Below are positions 10,121-20,828 of a stretch of 64,000 nt of DNA, one piece after another. Source of the stretch: Candidatus Melainabacteria bacterium (GTDB taxonomy: Bacteria > Cyanobacteriota > Vampirovibrionia > Obscuribacterales > Obscuribacteraceae); NCBI GenBank assembly GCA_963767815.1, contig CAVYFJ010000004.1:501800-565799 (forward strand), in the 5' to 3' direction. The notes below the pieces were generated by a model that searched no databases, had not been told where the DNA came from, and saw only the letters and a list, made by a program, of their open reading frames with translations. The position numbers and the translations under genes are program-made. Within the stretch, counting starts at the first letter, position 1; every line of letters begins with the position of its first letter.

Positions 10121-10485
10121 GGCTTATTGTCTGTATATAGAGAGATTTCTTTTCATACATCTTTTCTGAAAGCTGAAACTAGGCTTCTATAGAGCCATGG
10201 CTTCACTTTCTAACACTCTCGCTTTGTTTGCTTATTTAAAAACAATCTTTGATGGAAAAGCTTTTTTTGTCTAGGGCAAATCTTGTAAGTTATCAATGAG
10301 TATTTTGCGTTTTATATTCCCGAGGTTCAAACCAAGCCCCAATTTTCAAAAGAGTTGAGAAGCTTTATGCCAAATGGGGAGGCTTTGTCCTGAGGAAGAC
10401 TCAGCAATTTGAACGACTGATCTTGTTGGTCGGTTGTGGCAGTTTTGCTTGCTGAGCGAATATTACTTGCGCGAGGAGCTAGACT

Positions 10486-11025
10486 ATGAGTAGCGAACAT
10501 GAGCAGCGTCGAATCGAGGCGACGTCGGTTGTTGGTGTGGGAAACCAATTGGATCTCGCGGCACTTTCGGACGATCAAGGGCCATCCGATCCAACGTTGC
10601 CTGCCGCAACTTCGCCATTGCACGGCGAAGACTCTCTCGACACTCCTGCTGAGATGTCGACTGATCTGTCCACCGCAAATCTGATTCGGGATCTCGACTG
10701 CGAGATTAGCCTAACAGTCCCAATCGGAGCCAATTCAGCCGGACTCGCACAGCGGATAACTAAGCCCAGATCTATCAGGTGCGACCGCGATGTCTACACA
10801 GATCCAGTGATCGAATTCCAAGTGGCCACAGGACTCATCGGCCTGCTACCTACTCCTTGCGCGGTGGTGGCATCGTCAGATCCTGCCTTGACACCTGAGT
10901 CCGGGCGCGGCTCTCCTGGACTGAACGCTGGAGAGATTGGCATTTTTGACGGCACCGGACGGCTTCTCAGCAAACGAAGCGCCCAAGGTTCATCTGAACG
11001 GCCAAGCAAGGCGGAGCAGCCGTAG
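10486..11025 (+). CDS. ORFan in GC-rich island A
   Basis: 179-aa ORF, SD GAGGAG 8 nt upstream. One 60-nt line spot-counts at 67% G+C. Followed by a hairpin terminator. No recognisable domain. Confidence 0.45.
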   Translation: MSSEHEQRRIEATSVVGVGNQLDLAALSDDQGPSDPTLPAATSPLHGEDSLDTPAEMSTDLSTANLIRDLDCEISLTVPIGANSAGLAQRITKPRSIRCDRDVYTDPVIEFQVATGLIGLLPTPCAVVASSDPALTPESGRGSPGLNAGEIGIFDGTGRLLSKRSAQGSSERPSKAEQP

Positions 11026-11066
11026 TCCACGGCGGTAAAGGACAATCCAAAGATTAAGCCACGTCC

Positions 11067-11105
11067 CCGAAGGTCTGCAGATGCGGACCTTCGGTCTTTG
11101 TTTCT
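11067..11105 (+). terminator. rho-independent terminator closing island A
   Basis: CCGAAGGTC-10 nt loop-GACCTTCGG followed by TCTTTGTTTCT. Confidence 0.65.
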
Positions 11106-11244
11106 ATTGTTATTTCTTCTTTTTCTTGTTTGTTTCGGGAATTATGCATTCTGTCAGGCCCCGACTATCGAAGGTCCGCTTGTTTTAAGATCTGAAATGG
11201 GATATACTTTGTATAAACATTTATTTTTTTACGGGGTATATTTA

Positions 11245-11481
11245 ATGGAATCTCGAGTCGCAAAATGGGGCAATAGTCTTGGCGTTCGTATTCCGCGCGG
11301 TATAGCTAAGGCCGTGGCTATTGACGAAAATACAACTGTAAATCTTGTGGTTGAAAATGATTACATTGTCATTTCTAAAAGTAAATCATATAAATTAGGT
11401 GAACTGCTCTCTGGCATTAAGCCTAAAAATCATCATAGAGAAATAAATACAGGCTCTCCCGTCGGAGAAGAAATTTGGTAA
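11245..11481 (+). CDS. mazE: MazE-type antitoxin (AbrB/SpoVT fold)
   Basis: MESRVAKWGNSLGVRIPRGIAKAV.. matches the MazE signature KWGNS..VRIP. Overlaps the toxin gene. Confidence 0.85.
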   Translation: MESRVAKWGNSLGVRIPRGIAKAVAIDENTTVNLVVENDYIVISKSKSYKLGELLSGIKPKNHHREINTGSPVGEEIW

Positions 11482-11828
11482 GGATAAAGTCGGTGGCAAA
11501 ACCATATACCCCTGAGCGCGGAGACATTGTCTGGCTAAATTTTGCTCCTCAATCTGGTCATGAACAAAGTGGACTCAGACCAGGATTGGTGATATCGCCA
11601 AAAAATTACAACGGATTAGCAGGTCTTGCTCTTCTTTGCCCTATTACCAGCAAGATAAAGGGTTATCCTTTTGAGGTTATTTTGGGTAACCAAGCAAAGA
11701 TTTCGGGAGCCGTTCTTTGCGATCAAGTTAAAAGTCTTGATTGGCGCTCACGCCGAGCAAGATTTATTATTAAAGCTAGCCCGGAAATTACTAATGAAGT
11801 ATTGGCGAAATTGAGAACACTTATTTGA
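11475..11828 (+). CDS. mazF: MazF/PemK-type endoribonuclease toxin
   Basis: PERGDIVWLNFAPQSGHEQSGLRPGLVISP..CPITSKIKGYPFEV, close to E. coli MazF motifs. TTG start overlaps the mazE stop. Confidence 0.85.
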   Translation: MVRIKSVAKPYTPERGDIVWLNFAPQSGHEQSGLRPGLVISPKNYNGLAGLALLCPITSKIKGYPFEVILGNQAKISGAVLCDQVKSLDWRSRRARFIIKASPEITNEVLAKLRTLI

Positions 11829-11852
11829 ACGGCAGAGTATGCGGCTTCACTT

Positions 11853-12104
11853 TTAATGAGCATTGCTTGATACCGGCCGAATTTTATCGTTGATTGGTGG
11901 CGGATTATTAGGGTTGTATGGCCGATATACCGAATAAGGATTGCCAGCCTTGGTGATTGGTTTGCTTAACTTAGATTTGCCTTTTCGCTCGCCTTGAGTT
12001 GGAAAAGGCAGTTTTCTTTTATTGATAGCAAAAGCAGATAGCGTGACGCAGGGCACTAAATTCAGTACCATTAACAAAGGGAAAAGTCTACTGAGGTTCT
12101 TCAT
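11853..12104 (-). CDS. small secreted protein, hypothetical
   Basis: 83-aa ORF with N-terminal signal-like segment MKNLSRLFPLLMVLNLVPCVTLSAFA. Confidence 0.45.
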   Translation of the reverse strand: MKNLSRLFPLLMVLNLVPCVTLSAFAINKRKLPFPTQGERKGKSKLSKPITKAGNPYSVYRPYNPNNPPPINDKIRPVSSNAH

Positions 12105-12278
12105 AAAGTTGTCTTTGTTCTGAAACTTCTACTGTATGACTGGTGTACAAATTGTTCGATTGCTTAAACAGATGACCCAGCCAACCGTAGTATAACTTTT
12201 CTCATGCATATTCTAATAGTAGATGGTAACTTTATGACATGTCGCTTGTCTGGGCAATGAGCAATTTTTTCGATTCCA

Positions 12279-12902
12279 ATGTATATAGTTAGGCTTTTTA
12301 CGCTTCCTTCTGTTTTTTGGGGAAGCCCAATTCTCTTACTAACCCTTTTCCTTATCACCGACATATATATACAGCCTGCTTTTGCTGAGCTGACAACCAT
12401 AATATTGCCTTTGCATACAATTTTGCCACAATCCAGTTCACCACAATCTAATTTGTCCCCATACAAAATTGCGCCTGTCGATTCTCAGGGGAGTGCTTCC
12501 CATGACATTTGGGCAACGGCTCAATCCACGACAAACACTCCAACTGAAACAATTGCCGATTCTAATAGCTCACAGCTAGCAACGCCCCCCCTTAAGGAAA
12601 ACCAGCCAGCCAGTAATGCCCCAAAATTAAAAGGACGAGTTACTGTACCGGCAAATCCATATCGCGGCGTAAATAATTCATCCACCCCCTTTGCACCAGA
12701 AGGCACATTGCGTCGAGGCTTGCCGGCTCCGCTTGATCCGGTATTTCCCAGCACTGAGTATATTGGTATTGCCAGTCAATTACAAATTGGTATTCCAGAT
12801 CAAGATCCAATGTTTCCTCTAGAAAAAGCTATTTATAAAGCCTGTCCGTTTCTGGCTAAAAATAGAATCAAGTTTTATGGCTGGGTTAATCCTGGCGTCT
12901 GA
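12279..12902 (+). CDS. outer-membrane beta-barrel (BBP2-like porin), N-terminal fragment of a frameshifted gene
   Basis: Signal-like N-terminus, Pro/Thr-rich linker, ends ..RIKFYGWVNPGV where the next frame continues. Confidence 0.6.
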   Translation: MYIVRLFTLPSVFWGSPILLLTLFLITDIYIQPAFAELTTIILPLHTILPQSSSPQSNLSPYKIAPVDSQGSASHDIWATAQSTTNTPTETIADSNSSQLATPPLKENQPASNAPKLKGRVTVPANPYRGVNNSSTPFAPEGTLRRGLPAPLDPVFPSTEYIGIASQLQIGIPDQDPMFPLEKAIYKACPFLAKNRIKFYGWVNPGV

Positions 12903-13395
12903 TTACAGTACATCTCATCACGCCAATACACCTTTATCTTATTTTACTGTTCCCAATCATATAGAGTTAGATCAATTGGTTTTTCGTGCAGAACGGGTAC
13001 CGGATACAGTGCAAACTGAGCATATGGATTGGGGATTTCGCTCTACCTGGTTATATGGCATTGACTATCGTTGGACAACAGCTCAGGGATGGTATCCGGC
13101 TAGTGGTCAGCTATTGAAGCACAATCAACTTTATGGATTGGATCCAGTCGAGCTTTATACATGTCTTTACATACCCAAAGTTGCTGACGGTATGGTACTC
13201 AAATTTGGCCGTTATATTTCACCACCAGATATTGAAGCTCAATTGGCGCCAGATAATTATTTGTGGACGCATTCATTGATGTTTGACTATGATGCCTATA
13301 CCCAAACAGGTCTTCTAGCCAGTATCAAGCTTAATGAGTCATGGATGGTACAAGCTGGTATTAGTGCTGGCTGCAGATATTGCCCCTTGGGCTAA
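12877..13395 (+). CDS. beta-barrel porin, central fragment (frameshifted)
   Basis: DYSTSHHANTPLSY..DWGFRSTWLYGIDYRWT..KFGRYISPPDIEAQLAPDNYLWTHSL, alternating beta-strand pattern. Confidence 0.6.
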   Translation: MAGLILASDYSTSHHANTPLSYFTVPNHIELDQLVFRAERVPDTVQTEHMDWGFRSTWLYGIDYRWTTAQGWYPASGQLLKHNQLYGLDPVELYTCLYIPKVADGMVLKFGRYISPPDIEAQLAPDNYLWTHSLMFDYDAYTQTGLLASIKLNESWMVQAGISAGCRYCPLG

Positions 13396-13768
13396 AGCCG
13401 GCAATTCCCACAGGATCATTACTGCTTCGCTGGCAAGCACATAATAACAAAGACATGCTTTATGGTGGCTGTAATTCGATCAATAATGGACAGTACAGAT
13501 TGTAGTGGACGAAAAGATAATTTGCAGCAGTTCAATCTTACTTGGTTTCATAGATTCAACAGGCGATTTCATATATGCCACTGAAGGTTATTTTCTTTAT
13601 ACATTCAATGCTCTACAAGGTGGAACAGTAAATAACGGTACCACCAAGGAATTTTGATACTTTGACAGGACCAGGTGCGATTCTTCCTGGTTTCTCTGAA
13701 GCATGGGGAATTGTCAGTTATTGGAATACCAAGATTACTGACAGAGACTATATAACGGTTCGGCCCAG

Positions 13769-13984
13769 TTGATTATCTGTATGGACCCCAGGGGTTGGCG
13801 AGCGGTTTTCCGGGATATTATGCAAGTTGGACAGTTGGCTGGATACATCGCTTTAGTGATTTACTTACTATTCGTCCGGAAATTAGATATGAGCGGGCAT
13901 TGGATAGCTTACAGTGCGCCCTGGGACAATGGTAAACGACGATATCAATTTACATTTGGTGCTGACTTAATTCAAAGATTCTAA
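13769..13984 (+). CDS. beta-barrel porin, C-terminal fragment (frameshifted; more breaks between 13396 and 13800)
   Basis: Ends ..YSAPWDNGKRRYQFTFGADLIQRF with a terminal aromatic residue, typical of OM barrels. Confidence 0.45.
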   Translation: MIICMDPRGWRAVFRDIMQVGQLAGYIALVIYLLFVRKLDMSGHWIAYSAPWDNGKRRYQFTFGADLIQRF

Positions 13985-14041
13985 AGGCAGATATTGAAAA
14001 AGACATGAACAAGATTTTTATAGCTCAGTCTAAGCCTTATA

Positions 14042-14287
14042 GTGCTCAGCGTATTAATAAGCAAACCCGTATTTGCTGATGCTGATGCTCTTAAAACAGT
14101 TGATAAGCTGTCATTGAGTGCGGCTAGTATGGCTACCGGTACTGTGGTTGGCGCACCGATTGCTATAGTACGCAAAACAGGCAGCCAATATATAGGTTGC
14201 GTAAAAGAATTTAAGAAGGACAGCAATACTTATAAATTTTGGGGGCGCTATGCTCAGCGCCTGTTGCTGCTGTTGCAGGACCAATGA
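14042..14287 (+). CDS. small hypothetical protein, frameshifted paralog of 15950..16237
   Basis: KLSLSAASMATGTVVGAPIAIVRKTG resembles KKVFSVATALLVGTPVCIVRRSK in the paralog. The similar tail continues in other frames to about 14430. Confidence 0.4.
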   Translation: MLSVLISKPVFADADALKTVDKLSLSAASMATGTVVGAPIAIVRKTGSQYIGCVKEFKKDSNTYKFWGRYAQRLLLLLQDQ

Positions 14288-14483
14288 AAGGCACTGTCAT
14301 ATGGTGCCAAAAACGCGGTTCACTATTCAGTTGATAAACCATTTAGCAAAGAAGCGTTTAGCTTGGGCAGAATTGAGAAGAACGACCCTGCCAAAGCAAA
14401 CGACAAAAACAAATTTACAGCCGAACGCGGATAAACCGGAAAACCAACCATGGGGAACGCCAAGATAAGAGGACATGGCAATG

Positions 14484-15701
14484 CATGAAAGCAAATAATT
14501 TTAATAGCTGCAACTGGTGGCAATAGTCTTAAATGGGTCTGCTGCTCAGTCAGCTGAGATCTTTGATATTGCTCAGGCGACGCAACCACGTATTGCTGCA
14601 GACACCGCTAACAATATACATGCAGTGTTTGAAGGATACGCGAAAGATTCAAATATTAGGGAAATTTTTTATTCTAAAAGTACTGATATGGCCCATACCT
14701 GGACATGCCTTTAAATATTTCCAAAACTGCCAGTGTATCAACCGTGCCAGCAATTGCTGTTGAACCTAGCGGAGCCATTGATGTTGTATGGCGTGATACA
14801 ACATCTGGTGAATTGCATCCGGATATATATTTCGCCCGATCTACTGATGGTGGACAGACATGGACTAAAGCATTAGACATTTCGAATACCACTGGCATTT
14901 GCAGTGAGCCTGCTATTGCTACTGGTCCTGATAATTCAATTCATGTAGTTTGGGTGGATACAAGGCCGGCGTAATGGCCGTCCAGATATTTTTTACTCTT
15001 ACTCTATTGATGGCAAAAGTTGGTCACCGTGTGTAAGCATCAGTCCTACGCCAGGGAGTTTCAAGCGAGCCAACAATTGTTGCTTCTGAAGATGGCATTG
15101 TTCATTGTGCCTGGCTGGACACTATGTTCTGGTGAAGAACGTCCGGATATTTTTTATATGCGAAAAATAAATAATATTTGGACAATACCTTTTAACGTCA
15201 GTGATAGTCCAAGAATATCTGATCACCCATGGTTGGCTTGCGGCTCCAAAGGAAAAATATTTTTGTGTTGGTCTGACAATTCTCAAAAGTGAATGCTGCT
15301 GATATTTGGTGTGCTATTGGTAAAAATGGTCGATTTGCCAAGCCAATCAATATTTCTGATACTCCAGGCGTATCCAGCCAGCCAATAGTCGGTAGCAGAT
15401 GGGGCTGGCCGAGTCGCTGTTGTTTGGTCTGATACAAGCTTGAAAATATCAAAACCGGATATATATGCTAGAGTATCAACAGACAATGGTGATGATTTTT
15501 CAAACGTTTTGTATGTTACCCAATACTCCAGGTATTTCAAAGCATCCCACGGCCGCATTGGTCGGGACAAAGATGATTGTTGTTTGGGAAGAAGTTACAG
15601 GGTTTATTAGTATGGTCAAGGCAACAACAGTTGAGTTGAAGGGCATCGCTACTGGACCGGTTGATCAAGTTAATCCCACAGTCCATAGAGTTAATAGATA
15701 A
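14484..15701 (+). pseudogene. BNR/Asp-box repeat (sialidase-fold) protein, broken into at least 6 frame segments
   Basis: Asp-boxes SKSTDMAHTW, ARSTDGGQTW, YSIDGKSWS, RVSTDNGDDF and repeated P.IA....IHVVW blades are spread over ORFs 14517.., 14705.., 15020.., 15465.. in different frames. Confidence 0.7.
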
Positions 15702-15949
15702 TAGAGAGAGGTCTTTATGGCAAAGGATAAAATTATATATTTCCTTTTAATTTATGTGACTTAATCTCATGTTCATCCATCCTGGGCTAACGACTCATCG
15801 GCATCGGGAAAGGCAGCCTCAATCCGTGATAGGTAGTAATGCAACCGCTAGTAGTATCAGTCAGATGAGGACAGAAAGAGCCTGACGAAAATACTATTGC
15901 GGCAGCGCAAACAAATAATCCAGCGCCCGGGAAAGGCAACAAGGCAAGC

Positions 15950-16237
15950 ATGTCCAGCTTACCCAAAAAAGTATTTAGCGTAGCGACAGCTTTGCTTGTC
16001 GGTACCCCAGTTTGCATTGTCCGTCGGAGCAAATATGAAGTCTGGTATGGTGTGAATGGTATGGTTGGCGATTCGGCCAGCAAAGGCAAAAAGGTTTTGG
16101 CAGGAATATTTTGGTTTCCCTTTGCTGTTGTAACTGGAACCTGCGAAGCACCCTTTGATGCCTTAGCGAATGGTCTAATGTATCCCGCATTTACTCATGA
16201 TCAATTAAGTCAGGGCAAGCTTGTACAAAATAATTAG
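15950..16237 (+). CDS. small hypothetical membrane-associated protein
   Basis: 95-aa ORF, paralogous to 14042... The competing antisense ORF 15787..16089 lacks this support. Confidence 0.5.
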   Translation: MSSLPKKVFSVATALLVGTPVCIVRRSKYEVWYGVNGMVGDSASKGKKVLAGIFWFPFAVVTGTCEAPFDALANGLMYPAFTHDQLSQGKLVQNN

Positions 16238-16476
16238 CACATCGATTGATCCTTAAGCATATGGTATCTTTCCGGCTGTTACCCCTGCTTTCGATATATT
16301 GTTCGGACATAGCATCGGTATTCTGTGACCGGGCGTTAATTAACTGCATTAAAAAAGATGTTCTAAGCTATATGCCATGTCAGAATTAACTTAGAGATTG
16401 ATCTACCACATGTCGCATTAGAAATATTGGACAGAAAGAAGCGAATTGTATAATTCATTTGGGTGAGGAATCGATA

Positions 16477-16869
16477 ATGAAAAGAGAAATTGCTAGCGTT
16501 GTGCTTTGCTTTCTGCTTGGTTTGCCTTTGGCAATACCGTCTTGGGCTAGTAATAGTACTGATCAAAAGGGGTACAGTTCAACAAAAGGGACAAATGTCA
16601 TTGTACCCAACCCCGCACAGTCCACTCCGCTTAGCTCGCGTAAAAGCTATGATATTGGTGCCCCCCCTAAGCCGGCAAGGCTTGTAAATCCTAATCCTTC
16701 AATGGTTGGCAAAAGCAAAAATTATATACCGGGTATTGCTACACGCGAACCGGCCGATACCCGAGCGACGCTTTCTGACGTGCAAGTTCGTGAGCCAAGA
16801 GGTCGAGGACAGATAATGCCAGGGGTTAGAGGGCGTCCATTTATGTCCAGACCGAGGCCGAGGCATTAA
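16477..16869 (+). CDS. secreted Pro/Arg-rich hypothetical protein
   Basis: MKREIASVVLCFLLGLPLAIPSWA signal peptide. SD-like GAGGAA upstream. Confidence 0.55.
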   Translation: MKREIASVVLCFLLGLPLAIPSWASNSTDQKGYSSTKGTNVIVPNPAQSTPLSSRKSYDIGAPPKPARLVNPNPSMVGKSKNYIPGIATREPADTRATLSDVQVREPRGRGQIMPGVRGRPFMSRPRPRH

Positions 16870-17059
16870 TGGACCAGGAAGAAATCTTGCCCCAGGACCA
16901 AAGCATCCTTAATCATTTTGGAGCTTGAATTATTCTTCGACCTTGAAAACTATTTTTAATTAGAATAATGCCTATGCAAGATTTGGCTTTTGTAGGCTTG
17001 ATAGTCGTACTTTTTTATTTGTCCGGGCTTTATGTCCGGGCTTGCGAGCGCTTGTAATC

Positions 17060-17155
17060 ATGCTAAATGGGCTTGACTTGATCTTGGGTGCTTTGGCGGC
17101 TGCGGGGCTAGCATTGTATTTGTTTTACGCTCTTCTGCATCCCGAAAGCTTCTAA
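17060..17155 (+). CDS. kdpF: K+-transporting ATPase subunit F
   Basis: 31-aa hand-translated ORF MLNGLDLILGALAAAGLALYLFYALLHPESF, the KdpF consensus (..YL.YALL.PE.F), directly upstream of kdpA. Confidence 0.65.
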   Translation: MLNGLDLILGALAAAGLALYLFYALLHPESF

Positions 17156-17216
17156 ATGTACCTTTAGTGTAGGAGTCTATGACCTTAATTGGCTGTTTAC
17201 AAATTGCTTTTTCGCT

Positions 17217-17579
17217 GTGCTTGTCCTTCTTGTGACCAAGCCGCTTGGTTTATATGTGGCGCATATCGTAGAGGCAGATCAACCGGGACTGCCACTGCTT
17301 TTAAGAAAATTTGAAAATATGCTTTATAGGTTCTGCGGCGTAAATCCGCACCAAGAAATGTCTTGGGGCGAATATACGGCCGCCATGCTTTCGCTTTCTT
17401 TGGTTTCTTGTATTTTTTCTTATTCGATCATGCGCCTGCAGGGCTTTCTGCCCTTGAATCCCATGCATTTTGGCACTACGCAAACGCCGGCATTTTCTAC
17501 AGCGATGACCGCTGATTTGGCCTTTAACACTGCCATGTCATTTACGGCCAATACTGAATTGGCAAGCTTATGGCGGTGA
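17217..17579 (+). CDS. kdpA: KdpA, N-terminal fragment (frameshifted)
   Basis: ..[18 protein letters not shown] then the frame breaks. Shifting one base restores [18 protein letters not shown] further break is likely near 17215, since the ATG at 17179 is in another frame. Confidence 0.8.
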   Translation: MLVLLVTKPLGLYVAHIVEADQPGLPLLLRKFENMLYRFCGVNPHQEMSWGEYTAAMLSLSLVSCIFSYSIMRLQGFLPLNPMHFGTTQTPAFSTAMTADLAFNTAMSFTANTELASLWR

Positions 17580-17586
17580 AAGCACA

Positions 17587-18969
17587 ATGTCTTATTTATC
17601 GCAAATGCTTGCACTCGCCTTTCACAACTGGCTATCAGCGGCAGTGGGTATCGCTTGTGCCATGGTGGTCATCCGTGGCTTTAGTCGCAGCAAGTCTGCG
17701 ACCATTGGTAATTTTTGGCGTGATTTAGTACGCATTACTTTTTATGTACTTTTTCCGATCACGCTGTTTTATGCAATTTTTTTAGTTTCTCAAGGGGTGA
17801 TCCAAACATTTGCTCCGTATTTAACTGTTGCCACCGTGGAAGGGGTGAAACAATTGATTGCTCTGGGCCCGGTGGCCTCTCAGGAGGCAATTAAAAATCT
17901 TGGCACTAATGGTGGTGGCTTCTTTAATGCCAACAGTGCTCATCCATTTGAAAATCCTACGCCACTCAGTAATTTAATTGAAATGCTTTCCATTTTTGCC
18001 ATCCCCGCTGCTTTGACTTACACTTTTGGTTGTCTGGTCAAAGACACGCGCCAGGGGTGGGCCTTGCTTCTGTGCATGTTCGTTTTATTTTTTGCTGGTA
18101 TTGCCGCATGTTATGCGGCCGAAGCCAGCGGCAATCCGCTCATTGCTGGACAGCAAGTTGAAACCTCTACCGGTGTTCTGGGCGATTTAGGCGGCAATAT
18201 GGAAGGCAAGGAAGTACGCTTTGGTCTGGCGGCTTCAACATTATTTGCTGTGGTGACAACTGATGCCAGTTGCGGGGCGGTTAATTGTATGCATGATTCA
18301 TTTACACCATTGGCGGGAATGATTCCACTGCTTAATATGCAATTAGGCGAGCTTATTTTTGGCGGTGTTGGAGCGGGGCTCAATGGCATAATTGTTTTTG
18401 CTGTGTTAACGGTTTTTATTGCCGGCTTAATGGTCGGGCGTACCCCAGAATATTTGGGTAAGAAAATAGAGCAAAAAGAAGTAAAAATGGCGATGCTTTT
18501 TGTCCTCATTGCCGCGTTTTCCATTTTAATTTTTACTGCCGTGGCTACCGCGATCAATTTACCAATTGGCAGTGCATTGAATCCGCCCGGTGCTCCCGTC
18601 AATAATACAAACAATGCCGGGGCGCATGGTTTTTCAGAAATACTTTATGCCTTTTCTTCCGGCACTGCCAATAACGGCTCTGCCTTTGCCGGACTGAATG
18701 CTAATACGCCTTTCTATAATATCTGCCTTGGTGTGGCGATGTTTATTGGCCGTTTCCTCATGCTTGTACCGGTATTGGCTCTAGCGGGATCACTTGCCCA
18801 AAAGAAATCTATTCCAGCCGGCAGTGGCACTTTCCCGACGCATGGCGGTTTATTTATTAGCCTGCTCATTGCCGTTATATTATTAGTCGGTGCTTTAACT
18901 TTCTTCCCGGCACTTTGTCTTGGACCAATTGTCGAACATTTACTCATGCAAAAACATGTACTCTTTTAA
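17587..18969 (+). CDS. kdpA: KdpA, C-terminal 460 aa (frameshifted gene)
   Basis: [67 protein letters not shown]. Confidence 0.9.
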   Translation: MSYLSQMLALAFHNWLSAAVGIACAMVVIRGFSRSKSATIGNFWRDLVRITFYVLFPITLFYAIFLVSQGVIQTFAPYLTVATVEGVKQLIALGPVASQEAIKNLGTNGGGFFNANSAHPFENPTPLSNLIEMLSIFAIPAALTYTFGCLVKDTRQGWALLLCMFVLFFAGIAACYAAEASGNPLIAGQQVETSTGVLGDLGGNMEGKEVRFGLAASTLFAVVTTDASCGAVNCMHDSFTPLAGMIPLLNMQLGELIFGGVGAGLNGIIVFAVLTVFIAGLMVGRTPEYLGKKIEQKEVKMAMLFVLIAAFSILIFTAVATAINLPIGSALNPPGAPVNNTNNAGAHGFSEILYAFSSGTANNGSAFAGLNANTPFYNICLGVAMFIGRFLMLVPVLALAGSLAQKKSIPAGSGTFPTHGGLFISLLIAVILLVGALTFFPALCLGPIVEHLLMQKHVLF

Positions 18970-18994
18970 AATGACGAAACACATGGAAGAAATC

Positions 18995-19135
18995 GTAGGG
19001 GCACATTGCGTGTGCCCGCTTGAAACGACGTATCCGAATAGAATCGTAGGGGCGAAGCTTCAACGGCATCACTCAGATGCCGTTGTGCCCGCTGTCGCGG
19101 AGAATCGACACCCAAGTGACGAAATATAGGGGCGT
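18995..19135. repeat. REP cluster in the kdpA-kdpB spacer
   Basis: GTAGGGGCACATTGCGTGTGCCCG and GTAGGGGCGAAGCTTC.. variants. Confidence 0.75.
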
Positions 19136-19141
19136 GCTTAT

Positions 19142-19888
19142 ATGGCATCTAATTTGAACATTATTCCCAATAAACGCAAAATAGCTCTCTGGCAGCCGCA
19201 ATTGATTAAGCGGGCGATTTTTGATGCTCTAATCAAGCTTAATCCGGTAACACTGGCCAAAAACCCGGTCATGTTCGTTGTTGAAGTGGGTAGTGTTTTA
19301 ACAAGCATTTTATTTGTGCGCGATTTGCTGGAGCACATACCGATCTCTGATTTGATCTATCAGGGGCAAATTAGCCTCTGGTTATGGTTTACTGTTTTGT
19401 TTGCTAATTTTGCCGAGGCTATGGCCGAAGGCCGGGGAAAAGCGCAAGCCGATAGTTTAAGGCGCAGTCGTCAGGAAACTGCTGCTCGCCTGGAGACAGG
19501 CAACAATAAACACGAGATGATTCCGGCGACTAAACTTAAAAAAGGCAATATTGTACTTGTGCAAGCGGGAGAACTGATTCCTGGCGATGGAGAAGTGATC
19601 GAAGGCGTGGCCAGCGTAAACGAAAGCGCCATCACTGGCGAATCAGCGCCGGTAATTAGGGAAAGTGGCGGCGATCGCAGTGCCGTTACCGGCGGTACCA
19701 CAGTATTATCCGATTGGCTGCGCATAAAAATTACCGCTGAAGCCGGTGAGACTTTTATAGATCATATGATTGCTCTAGTGGAAGGAGCGCAAAGGCAAAA
19801 AACCCCCAATGAAATCGCGCTGAATATCTTACTTGCAGGGTTGACGATTATTTTTCTATTGGCGGTAGTCACGCTTGTTTCCCTATAG
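19142..19888 (+). CDS. kdpB: KdpB P-type ATPase, fragment 1
   Basis: [11 protein letters not shown].., [31 protein letters not shown]. Confidence 0.85.
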   Translation: MASNLNIIPNKRKIALWQPQLIKRAIFDALIKLNPVTLAKNPVMFVVEVGSVLTSILFVRDLLEHIPISDLIYQGQISLWLWFTVLFANFAEAMAEGRGKAQADSLRRSRQETAARLETGNNKHEMIPATKLKKGNIVLVQAGELIPGDGEVIEGVASVNESAITGESAPVIRESGGDRSAVTGGTTVLSDWLRIKITAEAGETFIDHMIALVEGAQRQKTPNEIALNILLAGLTIIFLLAVVTLVSL

Positions 19889-20828
19889 TGTTTATGCCGT
19901 TCAAGCTGCCAATACTGGTAAGCCGCCTGATATTTATTCTCTGGTTTCTCTTTTGGTCTGCCTCATTCCTACCACTATTGGTGGCTTGCTTTCCGCAATT
20001 GGTATAGCTGGTATGGATAGAGTATTTCAGGACAATATTTTAGCCATGAGCGGTAAGGCTGTAGAAGCGGCTGGTGACGTGGATACTATACTGTTAGACA
20101 AGACCGGGACAATTACCTTGGGCAATCGACAGGCGGTTGAATTTATTCCGGCAGCTAATGTGCCCACTCTTGAATTTACCGATGCTGCTCAATTATCATC
20201 TCTTGCTGATGAAACACCGGAAGGTCGATCAATTGTTGCTCTAGCTAAACAACAAGGTTTTCGTGAGCGCGAACTCGCCAGCGTCAATGCCCACTTTATT
20301 TCGTTTAGTGCTCAAACGAGAATGAGCGGTGTTGATATTGATGGCCGGCAGATTCGCAAAGGGGCGGCGGAGGCAATCGCTAAATTTCTTAAGGCGAACG
20401 GGCTAGACTTGCCCGTGGACGTTGAACAGGAAGTACGGCGCATAGCTCAATCCGGTGGCACACCGTTGGTGGTGGCGGATAATAAAAGCGGCGCTCTGGG
20501 AGTGATTTATCTAAAAGACGTAGTCAAAGGGGGCATGAAAGAGAGGTTTCAGCAATTGCGAGCGATGGGTATTCGCACAGTAATGATCACCGGCGATAAT
20601 CCGCTTACTGCTGCTGCCATTGCCGGCGAAGCCGGTGTCGATGACTTTCTTGCCGAAGCTACGCCGGAAGCTAAAATGCAACTGATTCGCAAAGAACAAA
20701 TTGGCGGTCAGGCTTATTGCCATGACTGGCGACGGCACAAACGATGCTCCAGCTCTTGCGGCTGCCGATGTTGGCTTGGCGATGAATACCGGCACGCAAG
20801 CAGCCAAAGAAGCCGGCAATATGATTGA
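19875..20828 (+). CDS. kdpB: KdpB, fragment 2 (phosphorylation/nucleotide domain)
   Basis: [33 protein letters not shown]. The true frame ends near 20705. Confidence 0.85.
   Translation: MFPYSVYAVQAANTGKPPDIYSLVSLLVCLIPTTIGGLLSAIGIAGMDRVFQDNILAMSGKAVEAAGDVDTILLDKTGTITLGNRQAVEFIPAANVPTLEFTDAAQLSSLADETPEGRSIVALAKQQGFRERELASVNAHFISFSAQTRMSGVDIDGRQIRKGAAEAIAKFLKANGLDLPVDVEQEVRRIAQSGGTPLVVADNKSGALGVIYLKDVVKGGMKERFQQLRAMGIRTVMITGDNPLTAAAIAGEAGVDDFLAEATPEAKMQLIRKEQIGGQAYCHDWRRHKRCSSSCGCRCWLGDEYRHASSQRSRQYD

Noticed and set aside
16968-17057. A 29-codon ORF (MPMQDLAFVGLIVVLFYLSGLYVRACERL) just upstream of kdpF, as a possible extra Kdp peptide.
   Set aside because: It is hydrophobic and well placed. 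However, it has no SD and no recognisable family signature, so it cannot be supported from sequence alone.
18111-18614. Antisense or overlapping ORFs within well-supported genes: 18111..18614, 1384..1827, 4061..4444, 19471..19725, 20511..20960, 23034..23433, 41341..41775, 58390..58680 and 62701..63168.
   Set aside because: The opposite or other frame carries clear family motifs (KdpA, KdpB, kinase, TPR and so on). These ORFs have no independent support.
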